Shown: positions 50,147 through 64,000 of the stretch, in pieces
How positions within the stretch are numbered: position 1 is the stretch's first letter
How the letters are laid out: the number at the start of each line of letters is the position of its first letter
Assembly: GCA_024679065.1 (NCBI GenBank)
Contig: JAGIQG010000002.1
Span: 68,014,001 to 68,078,000 of the forward strand
Reading direction: 5' to 3'
Source: Sphyrna mokarran
Taxonomy: Eukaryota
DNA length: 64,000 nucleotides
Translations under genes and position numbers: made by a program
Notes under the pieces: model-generated
Databases searched by the model: none
What the model was told of the DNA's origin: nothing
Seen by the model: only the letters and a program-made list of their open reading frames with translations

Positions 50147-53100
50147 CTGAAATAGAAAGATAGCAAACTAAGAAAAAGCTAGAAATAAAATTTAAAAATC
50201 TATACCAGAAGTTAACTGTACTGGATTCTTGAAAATGTTGCCAGAAATAAACAGGCATTCTTTCTTCACATTTCTTTCTTCTCCAACATGAAAATGTTAC
50301 ATAACAATTTTGCAGTGTCTCATTTGAACGATTATTCAAGTATGTCTGAGTTCCATTTGTAAGCTTGTATCAGCAGCCAGCATCACAGTTGAACATATGA
50401 TTTTCCCAACTGAGGAAATATACTCATACTTTTTAAGTCCTTCATCATACGGCCAAATATTGGGCACCTATTCCAGCTTCAGCCAAAACCATTGTTTTAT
50501 TCAGTGTTACAACGACTGCTTTGCCTTGGTATTTATCCTTTTCAATATAAATCTCTTTCTAAATGCATATTCAACCCAATCTCTGAATTTATCTATTGCA
50601 CATCCAGACCATGTTTGCTCCTTTCCTGCATTCAGAAATTTACTATTTAAAGTATATCCTCATGTTTGTTTCTTGCCCCAGAGCACAAAGTTTTTTATTC
50701 AGCAGTTTATTTAATGCTTTTCAGGCATTTGTATTATAATCAAAATTGTCCACATTCTCAATTTATACTACCTCAAGAATGATTTGTTAATCAAACATAA
50801 CTATAGAATGACACAATACAGAAGGTGATCATGCAATCTGTTGTACCTGTGCCAGTTCTTTGATGAAGTTAATCAACTTGTTCCCATTCTCATATCCTCT
50901 CGCCATTGCCCTGAATTTTTGTCCTCTTCGAGCATTTAATATTTATACACTTCTCCCGTCTATTAAATGATTAGGGGTTGAGTGCATTATAGGCTGCGGG
51001 ATAAACCAACAGAACCCACCAGCCAGGCTCACTAATAATTTTCTTATTCTTCACAAGGTTCACCAGTTAAATGGGTACCATTAGCTGTTTTGCTTTTTGA
51101 ACACACATCATGTTTGTCAGTCCCTTTGACACAGACTATCGCCAATGAAACTGGAAAAATCAGCTATTTCATATGCCACTACTGCAATAATTTCCTTCAG
51201 CATTCTGATCCTGAACACAACAATGAGTGTAACAATTTGGAGTGAAATTGGTCTTCATCAGTAGCATAAAATGGACTCATTATGAATTGGCTACCAGTTC
51301 ACACCATGTCCATTTTACTTTACCTAGGTCAACATCACTGGTGAAAATCAGTTCCTTAGGAAGGAGTACAGGGGAGGCATTGCACTTGTTCTTTGACTAT
51401 AATTGCCTACAGGCAAAAATCCAGAAAATTTGACCAGTAAACTTTCACTGACTAAATAACCAGCGTGAAACAATCCTAACAGAGGACAATTTTAGACATT
51501 TGAATGGCTGCAAAATAGTAAATAACACATTAAGTTCTCTCTGCCCCATTCCACTCGAAAATAAAATTGTTACATTGTGCAGTACATCATTTATCAGTCT
51601 TACCGTAGGGCAGTTGAAAGTGTTGGATAAAACAATAAAAATATATACATTGTTCCCTGTTACCTTGCAGAAAGAAAGACTGGGATACTAATTTCACTAG
51701 TGCATTCTTTTGTTTCCCAGTAATTACAATACTGAAATCTCAAATGAAATCCATTCTGCCAGCTACACAGTATACACAAAATTTTAGCTGGCTATTGCCA
51801 AAAGATTTATTCAAATGTTGCATCCTTATTCATAGTAAAGAACGATATTAAAGTCAGTCTTCTCAACTTAAACTCAAAATATTTGCCTAAGTTGAATATT
51901 AGTGTACAAATAAGTCACCTATTTAAAATAATACTATACACCATCCTGCTTAGGAATTCCAAGCTCGGTCCCTGCTAGTAAGATTCCTTTTGGTTATGCC
52001 ATTCACATAATTATATCTCATGCTTTGTTAATGAGAACAAGAATGGAATGCTTTTGGGTCTTACACAAGCAAACGATTGGATATTCTATACTAATGATCT
52101 GCCAAAACCAATGCCAAGAGTGATGTTTGCCTGACAGAATTGTTCTGTTCACAAATTAATTGTTTCAACCTGTGAAATTTGAGGAAAAATTGAAATGATA
52201 CGAAAAGCAAAATATTAAGAAATCAGATATTTAAAAACAATAGAAAATACTGGAAACCTAACATTTCAGGTCAGTGGCTTTTCAATTGGGGAAAAAAAGA
52301 GCTAAAAAATATAATAGGTTTTACAGCAAATGAAGAGGAGTAAATCAGAACAAAGGAAAGTGAGCGAAGGATAGGAGACCAAAGACATTAAGTGACAAAT
52401 GAAAAGAATTGGTGATGTACGATCAAAAGAGTGTGGTAATAGAAGAAATAGTAAAATAAAGGACATGTCTAAGTGATGAATGGAAAACTGTCACCTGAAA
52501 ACAAAATAAAAACATACAAAGAAAAAATAGGGTGTTTGGCCCTTGATCAAAGGGTTGAAGGTATGGAGAGGTCTCTAAAATCCAGAAGGAGTGAAATCAA
52601 AACCAGTCAAGCAAAGAAAAAAAAAAGAGGAAGGGATTATGGTCTGAAATTGAACCAAATGTGAAATTCGATTAGTGCCTGATCGAAAGTTGAAATTTGT
52701 GTCCCTTGAGCTTCACTGGAACACAAGAGGAAGCCAAAGGCAGGAAGTCGGAGTGAGATAGAATTACAAGTGACAAAAAGCCCATCCTCCCCCTTTCATT
52801 GCTCAAAACTTAGAGTTAATGTTTTAGATCCATGACCATTCATCAGAGTTGAGAAATCTATTTCTCTGATGCTCTTTAAAATTTGAAATAGTTTTGTACA
52901 TGCCTCAACACTCACTAGCCCATGGGCTGAGTTTTATGTTCCAAAAGTGCTGAGAGAGTGTGTGGGACACAATTCTAAAATCCAGCACTTTGCCTTTCTG
53001 CCCAAGGCTTGTACAAAATTTTATGGAGGGTGCTGGAGGGGTTAGGCAGCTCACCGTTCAGCCTCATCCTTTTCTCCATTGCATTTTAGCAGCAGAAGAG

Positions 53101-56100
53101 AGGGGCCACAACGAGCTGTAGTTACACAAGTTAGGAAAGGTGTGTGTGGGAGGGAAAAAAAGAGAACATGGCCTGACCTCTATTCCTTTCACCAGGCTTA
53201 CCAGCTGGAACTGGTAACATAAACTCCTAATTACTTGTCTCCCCCAGACTTATCTTAGCAGCAACCTCCATTGAGAAATCCCCAAGTGACAAAAATCCCA
53301 TCTCCAGCCTAACTGCAGCTAATTGGCCAATAGCTCAAAAAAAAAATCCAACCCCATGTTTCTTTCAATTTTCACTTTTTTGCACATCGTTATCAACCAA
53401 TTAAAACTGATTTTCCTTCTACTTAATTAACCTGGATTTGAAATGCAGACAGTTTCTAAATTCACAAAATCCCTTCAATCTGTGTAACAAACGAGGCCAT
53501 CATTGCCCAAGTACAAAGTCTTCGATAGTCAAATTTTAATCACAACTGGCAATGATGTCAGCAAATATTACACCTTTTCTGAAGTGAGAAAATTGTACTT
53601 AGTTTAGTTAGGGCATGGAATGTTAACCTATGGCAGCTGTAGTCATCTCTATCCCCAATTTGCTGTAGTTGAATACAGTTTTAAAATCTAAGTCTTCAGT
53701 ATAGTCTTCAAATGAGACCATGGCTTGACATAATATTGAACATTCTGGAGAGCAGAGCTAAGTCTTGTTTAGCACTCCTAATGTTTCTAAATATATTGTG
53801 TGCTAAATGAAAACATGCAAAAGAAAAATCACTAACTTGAGAACACATGTAAATAAGGGTGAGTTACATTCCTGAATTTTTATTTTACATTAAAATCCTA
53901 TTGGTAGCCTTGAACCTAAATGACCCAAAAATCCTCTTGCTGGTCTTGTTCGCTTACTATAATACTCTAAATTGCTATTCTTTCTGCTTAGCTCCTATCC
54001 ATTTCTTGCCACCCTCGTGTGCCCCACCCTCCCCATTTCCCTCTTTCCCTTTTGCTCCTTTCCTTCCTGAATCTCAATGCCCCCTTTTATGTCCTACTCA
54101 CCATTCCTTCACTGCATCCCCCTCTCAGCAACGAGTGAGTCACTGAGGGGGTTGCGGAAAGGAAAGCAAAGCAGTGATTGGAAGGACAAGTGAAATGGTG
54201 ATATGTTTAAACACATAAATTGAACATACATAATTACAACATACTGTGTACATATCAAGAGCTAACTGCCTTGTTCATGTGTCTCTGTGGTTTCATAAAG
54301 AGATCAATGTTCAAGATTGAATATAAATCATCACATTATTAGATTAACATTTGTAGGCTAATAGAAATATCACACTGATCATCTTGGTTGAATGCATTAA
54401 TTATTTGATTATAGAATGGGCTAAAGAATTGCATGACATTCCAGGGCCAGCTATCACAAAAAAAACCCCACAGAGACTCCATGGGGTGAATTTTTTTGTT
54501 CCAACCACCACGGAAATCGTAGCATGCGAGGGGTGCACCATGGAAAGGTCTGTTGACCTCAGGTGGATTTGAGGCAAATGTGGCTGGAAAATCCAATCCT
54601 CTCTATTTACGTAAAAGAAGCTCCCAATTTGTTAATCTAAGCATTTCCAGAAACCAAATTGGCATAGTCACATTCTTTGTATCCTCATCAAGTAGAGCAT
54701 CGAGCTGGTTGAGATTTGGATTGTTCTTCAATGCACGAATTAAAATAATAAATCAGTAAAGTCCAAATGTACAGTCATGCAGAGATGCCACTGAAAAAAA
54801 ATGATAGGTGCTGCAACTTTTTTGACACCATAAGAATGTTTTTAGATTGCTACCAGGTGTTCCAATTCCCCTCCTCTCTTTTCATTCAGTTTTCAAAGGT
54901 CTGCATGAATTCCAAATAATTCACAGAACACTTTTTCAAAGTAAAGCTGAAAGCAGACCATAAACCTATGAAGAATTTTAGTTATGGGTGTCAATGACCA
55001 CAAGCTATGTTGGGCAGTGATGTTATGGTCTGTTTTTGCAATGCTATGGAAATTAGAAACAACAAAACTGCAGTCGTGTGTTTGTTTTAAGAGATTTTAG
55101 AAAAGCAATGTATATGAATAAATGCTGGCTTACATTTAAACTATTCAACCAAAACTAAAAAAAAACAGACACTTTGATCTAGTTTTATATTTTTGACATA
55201 AATTAAATACTAGCACGTTATAATACCACTCATTTGGTCTATGCCTTGAATGGTCTTTATGCCACATCTCAAATTCTTCCCATCAATGTGCCAAATGGCT
55301 TCAGTACTAAGCAATTTCCATTCACACCAATAATACAAGTAGTGAGGCTGTCCAATTTCCCTCTTCCAGTCTTGTGTGTATTACAATTTCTTCCAACTAT
55401 AACTGGGAAGATTGAAAGCTTTGTGGAGCGTGTGAGTGGAGTTTACATGTTTTCTCCATGTCTGCATGGGTTTCCTCCCACACTTCAAAGGTGTGCAGAT
55501 TGGGTGGATTAGCCAAGCTAAACTGCCCCTTTGTGTCTAAGGATGTGTATATTAGGTGGATTCATCAGGACAAATGCGTGGGTTTACTGAGATAGGGCCT
55601 TAAGAGAGCCTAGGTGGACGCCCTCAGAGTCAAACCTGATGGGCCACGTGACTTCTTTCTGCACTGTAGAGATTCTGTAGTTTCATACCATTGACTCTAC
55701 TATCCTCCCTGTTTAGATATTCTAAACTTTGGTGCCCCAACTGATCCCCAGCTGAACTTGTGATTCCATAATCCTCACCTGTTACCAAGATTATTTAGTT
55801 CATTCTGCATCAGCTATCTTAGCTTTTCCACTGTTGAAATCTTCCTTTGTCCCTTTGTTCCTTCCCAGCTCAACTATACCAATGCCCTCCTGGCTGCAGA
55901 TCTAAATACATTATTCATTTCATTAAATGAATGCAGTTCATTAAAATTCTAAAATGAAGCAAAATACTGTGAACTCTGAAATAAAATTAGAACATACTGG
56001 AAAAACTCAGCAGATCCAACAGCATCTGTGGAAAGAGAAAGTGTTAATGCTTCAAGTTCAATACAACTTTTTCAGAACCAAACTAAAAATTCTGCTCTGT

Positions 56101-56479
56101 CCACAGGAAGTCCAGTTTGACAATTTATCCCTCCTCTTGCCATGTCTTCTTAATTCTCTTCTATATTAAGCAAATCATATTTAAATCTCTTCATGCCCTG
56201 TCTTTTCTATCTACACCTACCTCTTCTCTTAACCTCTGCTCATCTGACTCCAGCATCCCATTTTGTTTCTTTCACACCATTGGAAATCATGACTTCAGGA
56301 ACTAGGCTCCACTCTAGAAGACCCTTCCTTAATCCCCACGCCTCTTCCTTCAAAATCATCTTTAAACCTCATCTCTTTCAGCATTCATTCCAACATCCCA
56401 GTCCTTGGGTTGTTTCTCTATATTAAAGCCCCTATATAAATACTAGTTGTCTTACCAATCACAACTTCACATACAGACT

Positions 56480-57230
56480 AAGACTGGTCTAGGGAGGACT
56501 CTCATGGTAGGAAAGAAAGAATGCACGTGATTCAAATTTACTAGGATGAAGCAAAAAGACGTTGGAAGCTCAAAAGTTGAAAATATTTCTGTAAAACCAA
56601 AAAAGGCATCACAATCAATTGAACACATTTGTATGGCTGATGAAGTAGAGAATTACCAAACTATGGCATGTAGATCTTTATTGCAAGGAGACTAGGGTGA
56701 AAGAATAGTTTTGTTACAATTATACAGAGCTTGGAGAGACAACACAAACCTACTGATCACAGTTCTGGTCTCCATATTGAAGAAAAGATACATTTCAATG
56801 GAAACAGTACACTGAAGCTAGATTGATATCCTATGACCTAGATTGGATCTGTACTCCATGGAGTTAGAGCAACCACATTGAAACATTCAAGATTTTGAAG
56901 ACAGCTTGTCAAAGTCAACACTGAAAGATTGTTTCCATGTTCTAGATTCCCCAGCAAAAGAAACACAAACTCAGGATAAAGAGTTGTTCATTTAAGACTG
57001 AGATGAGAATAAATTTCTACATTCAAATGGTTGTCAATCTTTAGAATTCTCCACCCTAGAGGGCTGTGGATGTTCTGTCATTGAATAATTTCCAGACTCT
57101 AAGGGAATCAAGGCAGAGCAAGCAGGGAAGTGGAATTGAAGCCAAGATCAACCATGATCATGTTGAATGGCAAAGCACATTCTACAGGCTGTATGGTATA
57201 CTTTACTGCTCCCACTTCTTATGTTCTTAG
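56480..57230 (+). mobile_element. Old CR1 3' fragment
   Basis: Degenerate QFWSP and CR1 3' UTR with cttatgttctt tail. Confidence 0.62.
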
Positions 57231-59476
57231 GGACAAACAGTAATCAATAAATACACAAAGTACCCCAGCAACCTATTCCACTTCCTTGTAGCACAGTGTC
57301 AGAACATTAGCAGTAAAGTCAGAGAGATAGACTTTTAAAGCTCATCATGTCAGCGCCAGCCATCAAACACCAGTCTATTCTAGTCCCATTTTCCAGCACT
57401 TGGTCTGCAGCCTTGTATATTGTGGCATTTTGAGTGCTTATCTAAGTGTTTCAAAATGTTGTGAAGGGTCTTCTACCACCTTTTCAGGCAGTGAGTTCCA
57501 AATTCCCACCACCTTCTGAGCAAAAAAGTTTTTCCTCAAATCTCCTGCTCCTTACCTTAAATCTATGCCCTCTGATTATTGACCCCCTCTACTAAAGGGG
57601 GATGTTTTTTTCTATCTACCTTCTTTTGTGTGAAATTCTGGTTCAAAAAGCTCTCCTGGATGCACCTTAGAAATATTTCTAAACATTTCACTCTTTGCAT
57701 TTCCCAATTGAAATTGGAGGAAGTTGAAATCTATTATTTTTACACTTCTCCAAGATCAGTTGACTTATCTACACTTCTCTCTCTCCCTGTTTGAGGGCCT
57801 TAGAACACTTCCAGCAATGTGATTACCACTGTTTTGCTTTTAAAATTTCACCTGTATGGCTCCAAATGGAGACCCTGCTAAGAGATCTTCCCTCACTGCA
57901 GTAATTGACCTGTTGATCCCTAATGTGACATCCCTGTTGAAAATTCTATACACCAGAATAAACTGCCAGCCCTATCCTTTTTTCAAGCACATTGCCAAGA
58001 TATTTCCCAAAGGAATTTTGGACCAGCATATCACAGCACATGCAGCATTTGTAACAGGAATTTGCAGTTATGTTTCAGGGTCCATCTGACCATGCCAGTT
58101 CAATGCTTAAAATGACTTCAGATATCATTAACAATTCATGGGACAACTCTGTATTTGCATCCCTGCTGACCCAAACTGAACACAGTACTATTTGGCAAAT
58201 AGGTTTGCTAAGCCTTGTATATGGTTGATGATATCTAAGTACAAGAATATGGACTGGTTACAGTACTCTTTCAGAGAATTGGTGCAGACTCCAATAGGCC
58301 AACTGGCCTCATTATGCACTGTAGGGATTCTAAGAGTTATTTGCTGGTTCTCAAATCACCATGACCACTGTGAAAGAACACATGAATAAATAGGCAGAAT
58401 TCGTATGTATTTAGGATATTAAACTTTAGAATTGCAAAAGTAGACACATATTCACGTATAGCTATTTTACCCAGAAGCCTTAAAACATATACATGGGCAG
58501 CACTAACTGACAGCTTTGGTTTCTATTGGCGTTAAGAAAACATCATCTGTACCACGCATAAAGTAACAGCAGAAACCTCTCTATAATCGGATAACATTAC
58601 CACAGGAAATCCCACAGGGGAAGAGAAGCTGGTGTGTAATTAATACTTATAATCTTCTACTTGCATTTACCTTATTTCATTTCCATGTGCAATTTCTATC
58701 CTTTTAATTGAGTCATAGAACAGCACATCTTGATCGCAATCATCAATCTACGATAAGGAAAATAAACTGCAACAACTTGAACAACATTCAAAGTCCCACG
58801 TTTTACAAACAAGCAAAATCTTTGCATTACAAATTCTCCCCAGAGAAGAAGTCATAAGCTGGAACGACACTTGAAAGGGCAGTATAAGCAAATTCAATAA
58901 CAACTTTCAAAAAATTGGATAATATCTGGAGGAGGAAAAAAAAATGCACTTTTCCCACACCATCACTGCACTGCCATTTGCTGCAGTGGCTGATAACGTT
59001 AACTGCATTTTCACTCGGGCAACTCAAGACTGGCATCAAATGGCAGATGTACAGACACTGGAAATGCAAGCAAAAGACTATTTACTTACCCTGTTGAATG
59101 CTTTACTCCTTCATACCACTGAGATACTCAATGTAATCATCCCTCTTCTCCCCTTTATTTACATTGTCCTTAAACCCCATCCAAATCCTTTCCCCATTCT
59201 GCTTCCAGCCCTTCTGTCTTGTTGCATATCCCTCTTTCTCCGTTCTGTTAATTTTAGCCTAATTAACCCCTCATCCTCTCAATTTTCTTCATCCAATTAT
59301 TGCTGTCTGCAATAGCCTGACAGATTGACTAGTTTAAGAAAAACAAAACTCCTTGACTTTTAGCTTCACTTTAAAATATGAATTTCTAGAATTCGATGAA
59401 TGAAACATAATACATTTCAACATGGATTTTTTAAAATCCTTTCATAGCCAGCACTGACAAAGAACAGGTTACATAC

Positions 59477-59595
59477 CGGTGCTGTAGGAAACCTATGAAT
59501 GGAGCAATGCCAGTCCCAGGACCCACCATGATAATAGGTACTGTAGTATCAGTGGGCAGACGGAATAACGTGTTTTGCCGGCTGAAAATAGAAAG
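59477..59595 (-). CDS. MTRR: MTRR internal exon (equivalent to human exon 12), start of NADPH-binding domain
   Basis: tttcttctgcag acceptor, CG|gtatgt donor; 119 nt; [39 protein letters not shown](R) contains the diflavin reductase GPGTGIAPF motif; phase compatible with both neighbours. Confidence 0.96.
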
Positions 59596-59904
59596 CTGCA
59601 GAAGAAAGTTTATTCAGTAGTTAAAATTCTGGAATCATCTTCATGATCTTAAGTAACAAGTTTTTTTTAAATTAAAAACTTCACCGAAAGTAATGGACCA
59701 GATTTTGCAAGGGATGGTGAAATGGGAAAGGAGGCAGACAGCCCTCAATACCTCCTGAGAACCAGCGTGTCAATTTGTTGGCAGATTCCTGCCTAGGGGT
59801 CATTTCTGAAGAGACTGGGTAGAGTGGAGGGTAGCCAATTATGTCCCTTAAAGGGTCAATTAAGACCATGATGCAGACACCAACTGGAAAATTCAGTCAG
59901 CAGA

Positions 59905-61100
59905 CAGTTTACATTAGGAAAATAACATGATTGGATAGAATCAACATGAACTTATGAAAAGGAAACCATGCTTACAAACCCGTTGTTGTTTTTCCTGAGG
60001 ATGTTAATTGAATAGACAAAATGAGAAGAAGTAGATATGTTGGATTTGAATTTTGAAAAGGATTTTGATAAGATCCCACATAGGTAGTCAGTAAACAAAA
60101 CAGAGCACATGGGATTAGGGAAGAAAAAAAAACTATGAATAATAGGGTCAGTCTGGCAGATTGTGGCTAGTGAGATACTGCAAGGCTGAATGTTAGGGAC
60201 ACAGCTGTTCACAATTTATATAAGTGGTGGGAATGTGGAGACCAAATATAATATTTTCAGTTTTGTCATCAACAAACTTAAGTGGGAATGTAGGTTGTGA
60301 GGAGGATGCAAGGAGGCTTCAAGAGGACACAGATAGACTAAGCGAACAGGCTGGAACATGACAGATGGAATATAATGTGAATAAGTGTAAAATTATCCAC
60401 TTTGCTGGAAAAAGTATTTCGTAAATAGTGATAGGTTGAGAAGTGCTAGTGGCCAAAGAGACCTGGGCATCTTTGTCCGTGAGTCACTAAATGTTAAAGT
60501 TAGCATGCAGATGCTACAATTAGAAAGGAAAATGGTATGTCGATTTTCATCGCAAGAAAATTTGAGTACAAGAGTAAAAATGTCTCGACAATTGCATAAA
60601 GCCTGGTCAAGACTACAGTCTCCTTATCCAAGGAAGGATATACTTGCAATGGGGAGATATACTTGTGATACAAGGAATGCAACCGAGTTTCACCAGATTA
60701 ATTCCAGGGAAAGCAGAATTGGCTTGAGTGATTGATTGAGAGAACCAGGCACATATTCTTCAGTTTTTATAGAATGAGAAGTAATCTCATTGAAACTTAT
60801 AGTTCTTACAGGGCTCAACAAGATAGCTGTAGATAGGACATTTGCCCTAACTGAGGGTCAAAGTCAGGGTTCATAATTCTAGAATAAAAGACAGGCCATT
60901 TACGACCAAGATGAGGAGGTTCTTCAATGAAGGTGGTGGATCTTTGGAATCATCTGCCCAGAGGGGGCTGTGGAAGCTCAATCTTTGAATTTCTGGATAC
61001 TAAAGAAATCAAAAGGATAGTGGGAGAAAAATGGCATAGAGGTAGGCCATCAGCTATGATCTGATTGAATGGCAGAGCAGGCTCAACTTGTGCTTCTTTG
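59905..61100 (+). mobile_element. Old CR1 RT/3' fragment
   Basis: Degenerate DF.K.FDK, QRDLG and 3' UTR. Confidence 0.7.
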
Positions 61101-61437
61101 ATAGTTGTATATATATACATGACTGATGATAATCACAGCAAACCTCAATTGGTACTTGTCAATAAAACAATAATTGTGGAACAAGTATTGTTAATTTCTT
61201 GCTCCCCACTTTCATCATTGTTCTAATTACGGTGCAACCTCAAACCTAACCTGTTGGTCTATAGCAGTTACCTGCTGGTTGCAAGGCACATTCCAAAGTG
61301 AAAGTAAACCTCGGGTGAGACAAGCTGCAACCATATTTCAAAGGAACAAAAATCTAGTCCACAAGTATGCTACTGCTAAAATTGGTCTCAATCTAATGCA
61401 GTTGGGATTGTATAACATTTTAGCATATGGCATATAC

Positions 61438-61633
61438 CTGTGGCAGTGAAAATCCATTTGACAAGCAGTCACCAATTGTAACTTTGCTTTCATAGCTTTG
61501 AAGAATTGGTGTAACTTGTTCTGCCAGCCAACCTGTGCATACTCCTCTTCGGGCAATAGGTTTCTCAGGTGAAGATGGGAATTCAACAATATTGAAAACA
61601 AATTGAAGTTTACCAGGAGAATAGTCAGATGAA
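61438..61633 (-). CDS. MTRR: MTRR internal exon (equivalent to human exon 11), FAD-binding domain
   Basis: ttttctttacag acceptor, CAG|gtatat donor; 196 nt; translates SSDYSPGKLQFVFNIVEFPSSPEKPIARRGVCTGWLAEQV...FSLPQ, matching MTRR PGKLxFVFNIVEF...RKGVCTGWL. Confidence 0.93.
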
Positions 61634-62075
61634 CTGTAAAGAAAATTTCAAAATAAGTTTTAACAGGATCACTAGTATTTGTTTATGCCCACTATTACAC
61701 AATACCCATCACCTTGCCTCATTTTGCTAATTATTCATTTTCCACTTAAATTTTTATTTACTCGAATCATGATGACAAGGTCAATTATAGTTGAACTTCA
61801 CTTGGAGCTTCCTTAGGACTGACAATAAAGATTATTATATCAGGGTATTCAGTACAATACAGTTTGGTGATTGGTGCTTTAAAAATTGACAGAATAGCAA
61901 TTTGAATTCAATACTTGTTTTCTGTTAAAACTGCTAATAAAATGCTATAAAGATTGCATTATTTAACTTGTGCTATTTTTTTAATTTTGTTAATAATTGT
62001 GATTGCCTTTATGAACCCATTCAGTGAAGGAACCACTGGTTCTGTGCCTTCCACATCTCTATTGCCTCTCCTACT

Positions 62076-64000
62076 CAATAACACTTGAACTTCGATGTTG
62101 TGGCCATTTCAGAGACTTGGGTAGAGCAGGGACAAGAATGGATGTTGCAGGTTCTGGGGTTCAAATGCTTTAGTCGGAGTAGAGAAGGAGGTAGAAGGGG
62201 GGGAGGAGTGGCATTATTAGTCAAAGACTGTATCACAGTGACAGAAAGGAAGTTTGATGAGGACTTGTCTGTTGAGGTAGTATGGGCTGAGATTAGAAAC
62301 AGGAGAGGAGAGGTCACCCTGTTGGGAGTCTTTTATAGACCTCCTAAAAGTTCTAGAGAGGTAGAGGAAAGGATTGCAAAGTCGATCCTGGACAGGAGTG
62401 AAAGTAATAGGGTAATTGTTATGGGGGACTTTAACTTTACTAATATTGATTGGAATAGCTATAGCTCTAGCTCGTTAGAGGGGTCAGTTTTTGTACAAAG
62501 TGTGCAGGAAGGTTTTTTGACTCAGTATGTAGATAGGCCAACTAGAGGTGAGGCTACATTGGATTTGGTGCTGGGCAATGAGCCAGACCAGGTGTTAGGC
62601 TTGGAAGTTAGTGAACATTTTGGTGATAGTGACCACAATTCGGTTACGTTCACCTTAGTGATGGATAGGGATAGGCATGAAGCTGGGGGCAGTAGTTATA
62701 GCTGGGGGAAGGGTAATTATGAGGCCATCAGGAGAGAATTAGGGTGCATAGATTGGACTAGGAAACTACAGGGACTGGGAACATCTGAAATGTGGAGCTT
62801 ATTCAAGGAGCAGCTGCTGCGAGTCCTTGATAAGTATGACCCTGTCAGGCAAGGAGGAAATGGTCGAGTAAGGGAACCTTGGTGTATGAAAAAATTTGAT
62901 TCGCTGGTTAAAAGGAAAAAGGAGGCTTATGTCAGGATGAGGCTTGAAGGCTCAGTTAGTGCAATGGATAGCTATAGATTAGCCAGGAGGGAGCTAAAGA
63001 GTGAATTGAGGAGAGCTAAGAGAGGACACGAGAAGACTTTGGCTGATAGGATTAAGGAGAATCCTAAAGCTTTCTTTAGATATATTAAGAATAGAAGATT
63101 GGTTAGGACAAGATTAGGGCCAGTCATAGACAGCAGTGGGAAGTTGTGCGTGGAGCCTGAAGAGATTGGAGAGGCACTGAATAAATATTTCTCTTCGGTA
63201 TTCACGCAGGGTGATGTAAATGTAGTTATGGAGAACACTGAGGTACAGGGTAGCAAACTGGAAGGTATCGAAGTAGATAGGGAGGATGTGCTAGATATTC
63301 TCGAGGGTTTGAAGTTGGATAAGTCCCCTGGGCCGGACGGGATTTACCCTAGGATTCTCTGGGAGGCAAGAGAGGAGATTGCAGAGCCTCTGGCTCTGAT
63401 CTTCAGGTCGTCGTTGGTTACGGGTGTGGTTCCGGAGGACAGCGAATGTGGTCCCATTGTTCAAGAAGGGGAAGAGAGACCTTCCAGGGAATTATAGGCC
63501 AGTGAGTCTTACTTCTGTTGTGGGCAAAGTATTGGAGAGAATTATTAGGGATAGGATTTATAGTTATTTAGAGAGAAATGAATTGATTGGGGATAGTCAG
63601 CATGGTTTTGTGAAGGGTAGGTCGTGCCTTACTAACCTCATTGAGTTTTTTGAAAAAGTGACCAAAGAGGTGGATGGGGGTAAGGCGGTTGATGTGGTAT
63701 ATATGGACTTTAGTAAGGCGTTTGATAAGGTGGCCCATGGAAGACTTCTGCAGAAAATGCAGATGTATGGGATAGAGGGTGATTTAGCTAATTGGATAGG
63801 AATTGGCTAGCAGATAGAAGACAGAGGGTGGTGGTTGATGGGAGATATTCATCGTGGAGTTCGGTGACAAGTGGTGTGCCTCAGGGGTCTGTTTTGGGGC
63901 CCCTGCTGTTTGTATTTTTTATAAATGATCTGGATGAGGGTATTGAAGGATGGATTAGTAAATTTGCAGATGACACTAAAGTCGGTGGAGTGGTAGATAG
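62076..64000 (+). mobile_element. Young 5'-truncated CR1 LINE ORF2 (APE endonuclease + RT), frameshifted, antisense in an MTRR intron; runs off the window
   Basis: ISETW, GGGVA, YRPP, GDFN, LDL, SDHN endonuclease motifs; [38 protein letters not shown] motifs; frameshifts near 63440 and 63800. Confidence 0.95.

Noticed and set aside
36534-61633. Assignment to POR, NDOR1 or NOS instead of MTRR
   Set aside because: The FVFNIVEF…GVCTGWL, KNMAKDV and RYLQDxWS motifs and the exon pattern fit MTRR best
62085-63497. 470-aa ORF as a host gene
   Set aside because: It is CR1 ORF2, truncated and frameshifted

Overview
Eukaryotic, AT-rich, repeat-dense DNA, most likely from a shark or other cartilaginous fish (inferred from HE1-like SINEs and abundant CR1, Rex1/Babar-like and Penelope-like remnants). 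The only host gene I can support is the 3' part of MTRR (methionine synthase reductase) on the minus strand. It has five GT-AG exons (61438-61633, 59477-59595, 50057-50146, 46575-46757, 36534-36678) that splice in frame and end ...RYLQDVWS*, with a probable poly(A) signal at ~32940. Positions 1-32.9 kb are intergenic. Nearly all other ORFs in the track are retroelement fragments or noise. The most unusual item is a ~320-bp element at 28339-28657. It begins exactly at nucleotide 1 of U2 snRNA (37/40 match, including the branch-point recognition sequence), continues into a body of several hairpins that share closing motifs, and ends in a microsatellite plus A-rich tail. It looks like a U2-headed SINE or a retroposed U2-variant RNA. 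The window also holds at least four local templated insertion/inversion scars, Penelope-like elements with inverted ends and hammerhead remnants, and a CR1 subfamily whose 3' UTR carries a SINE core. Repeat boundaries are approximate, and family names come from motif recognition rather than a database search.
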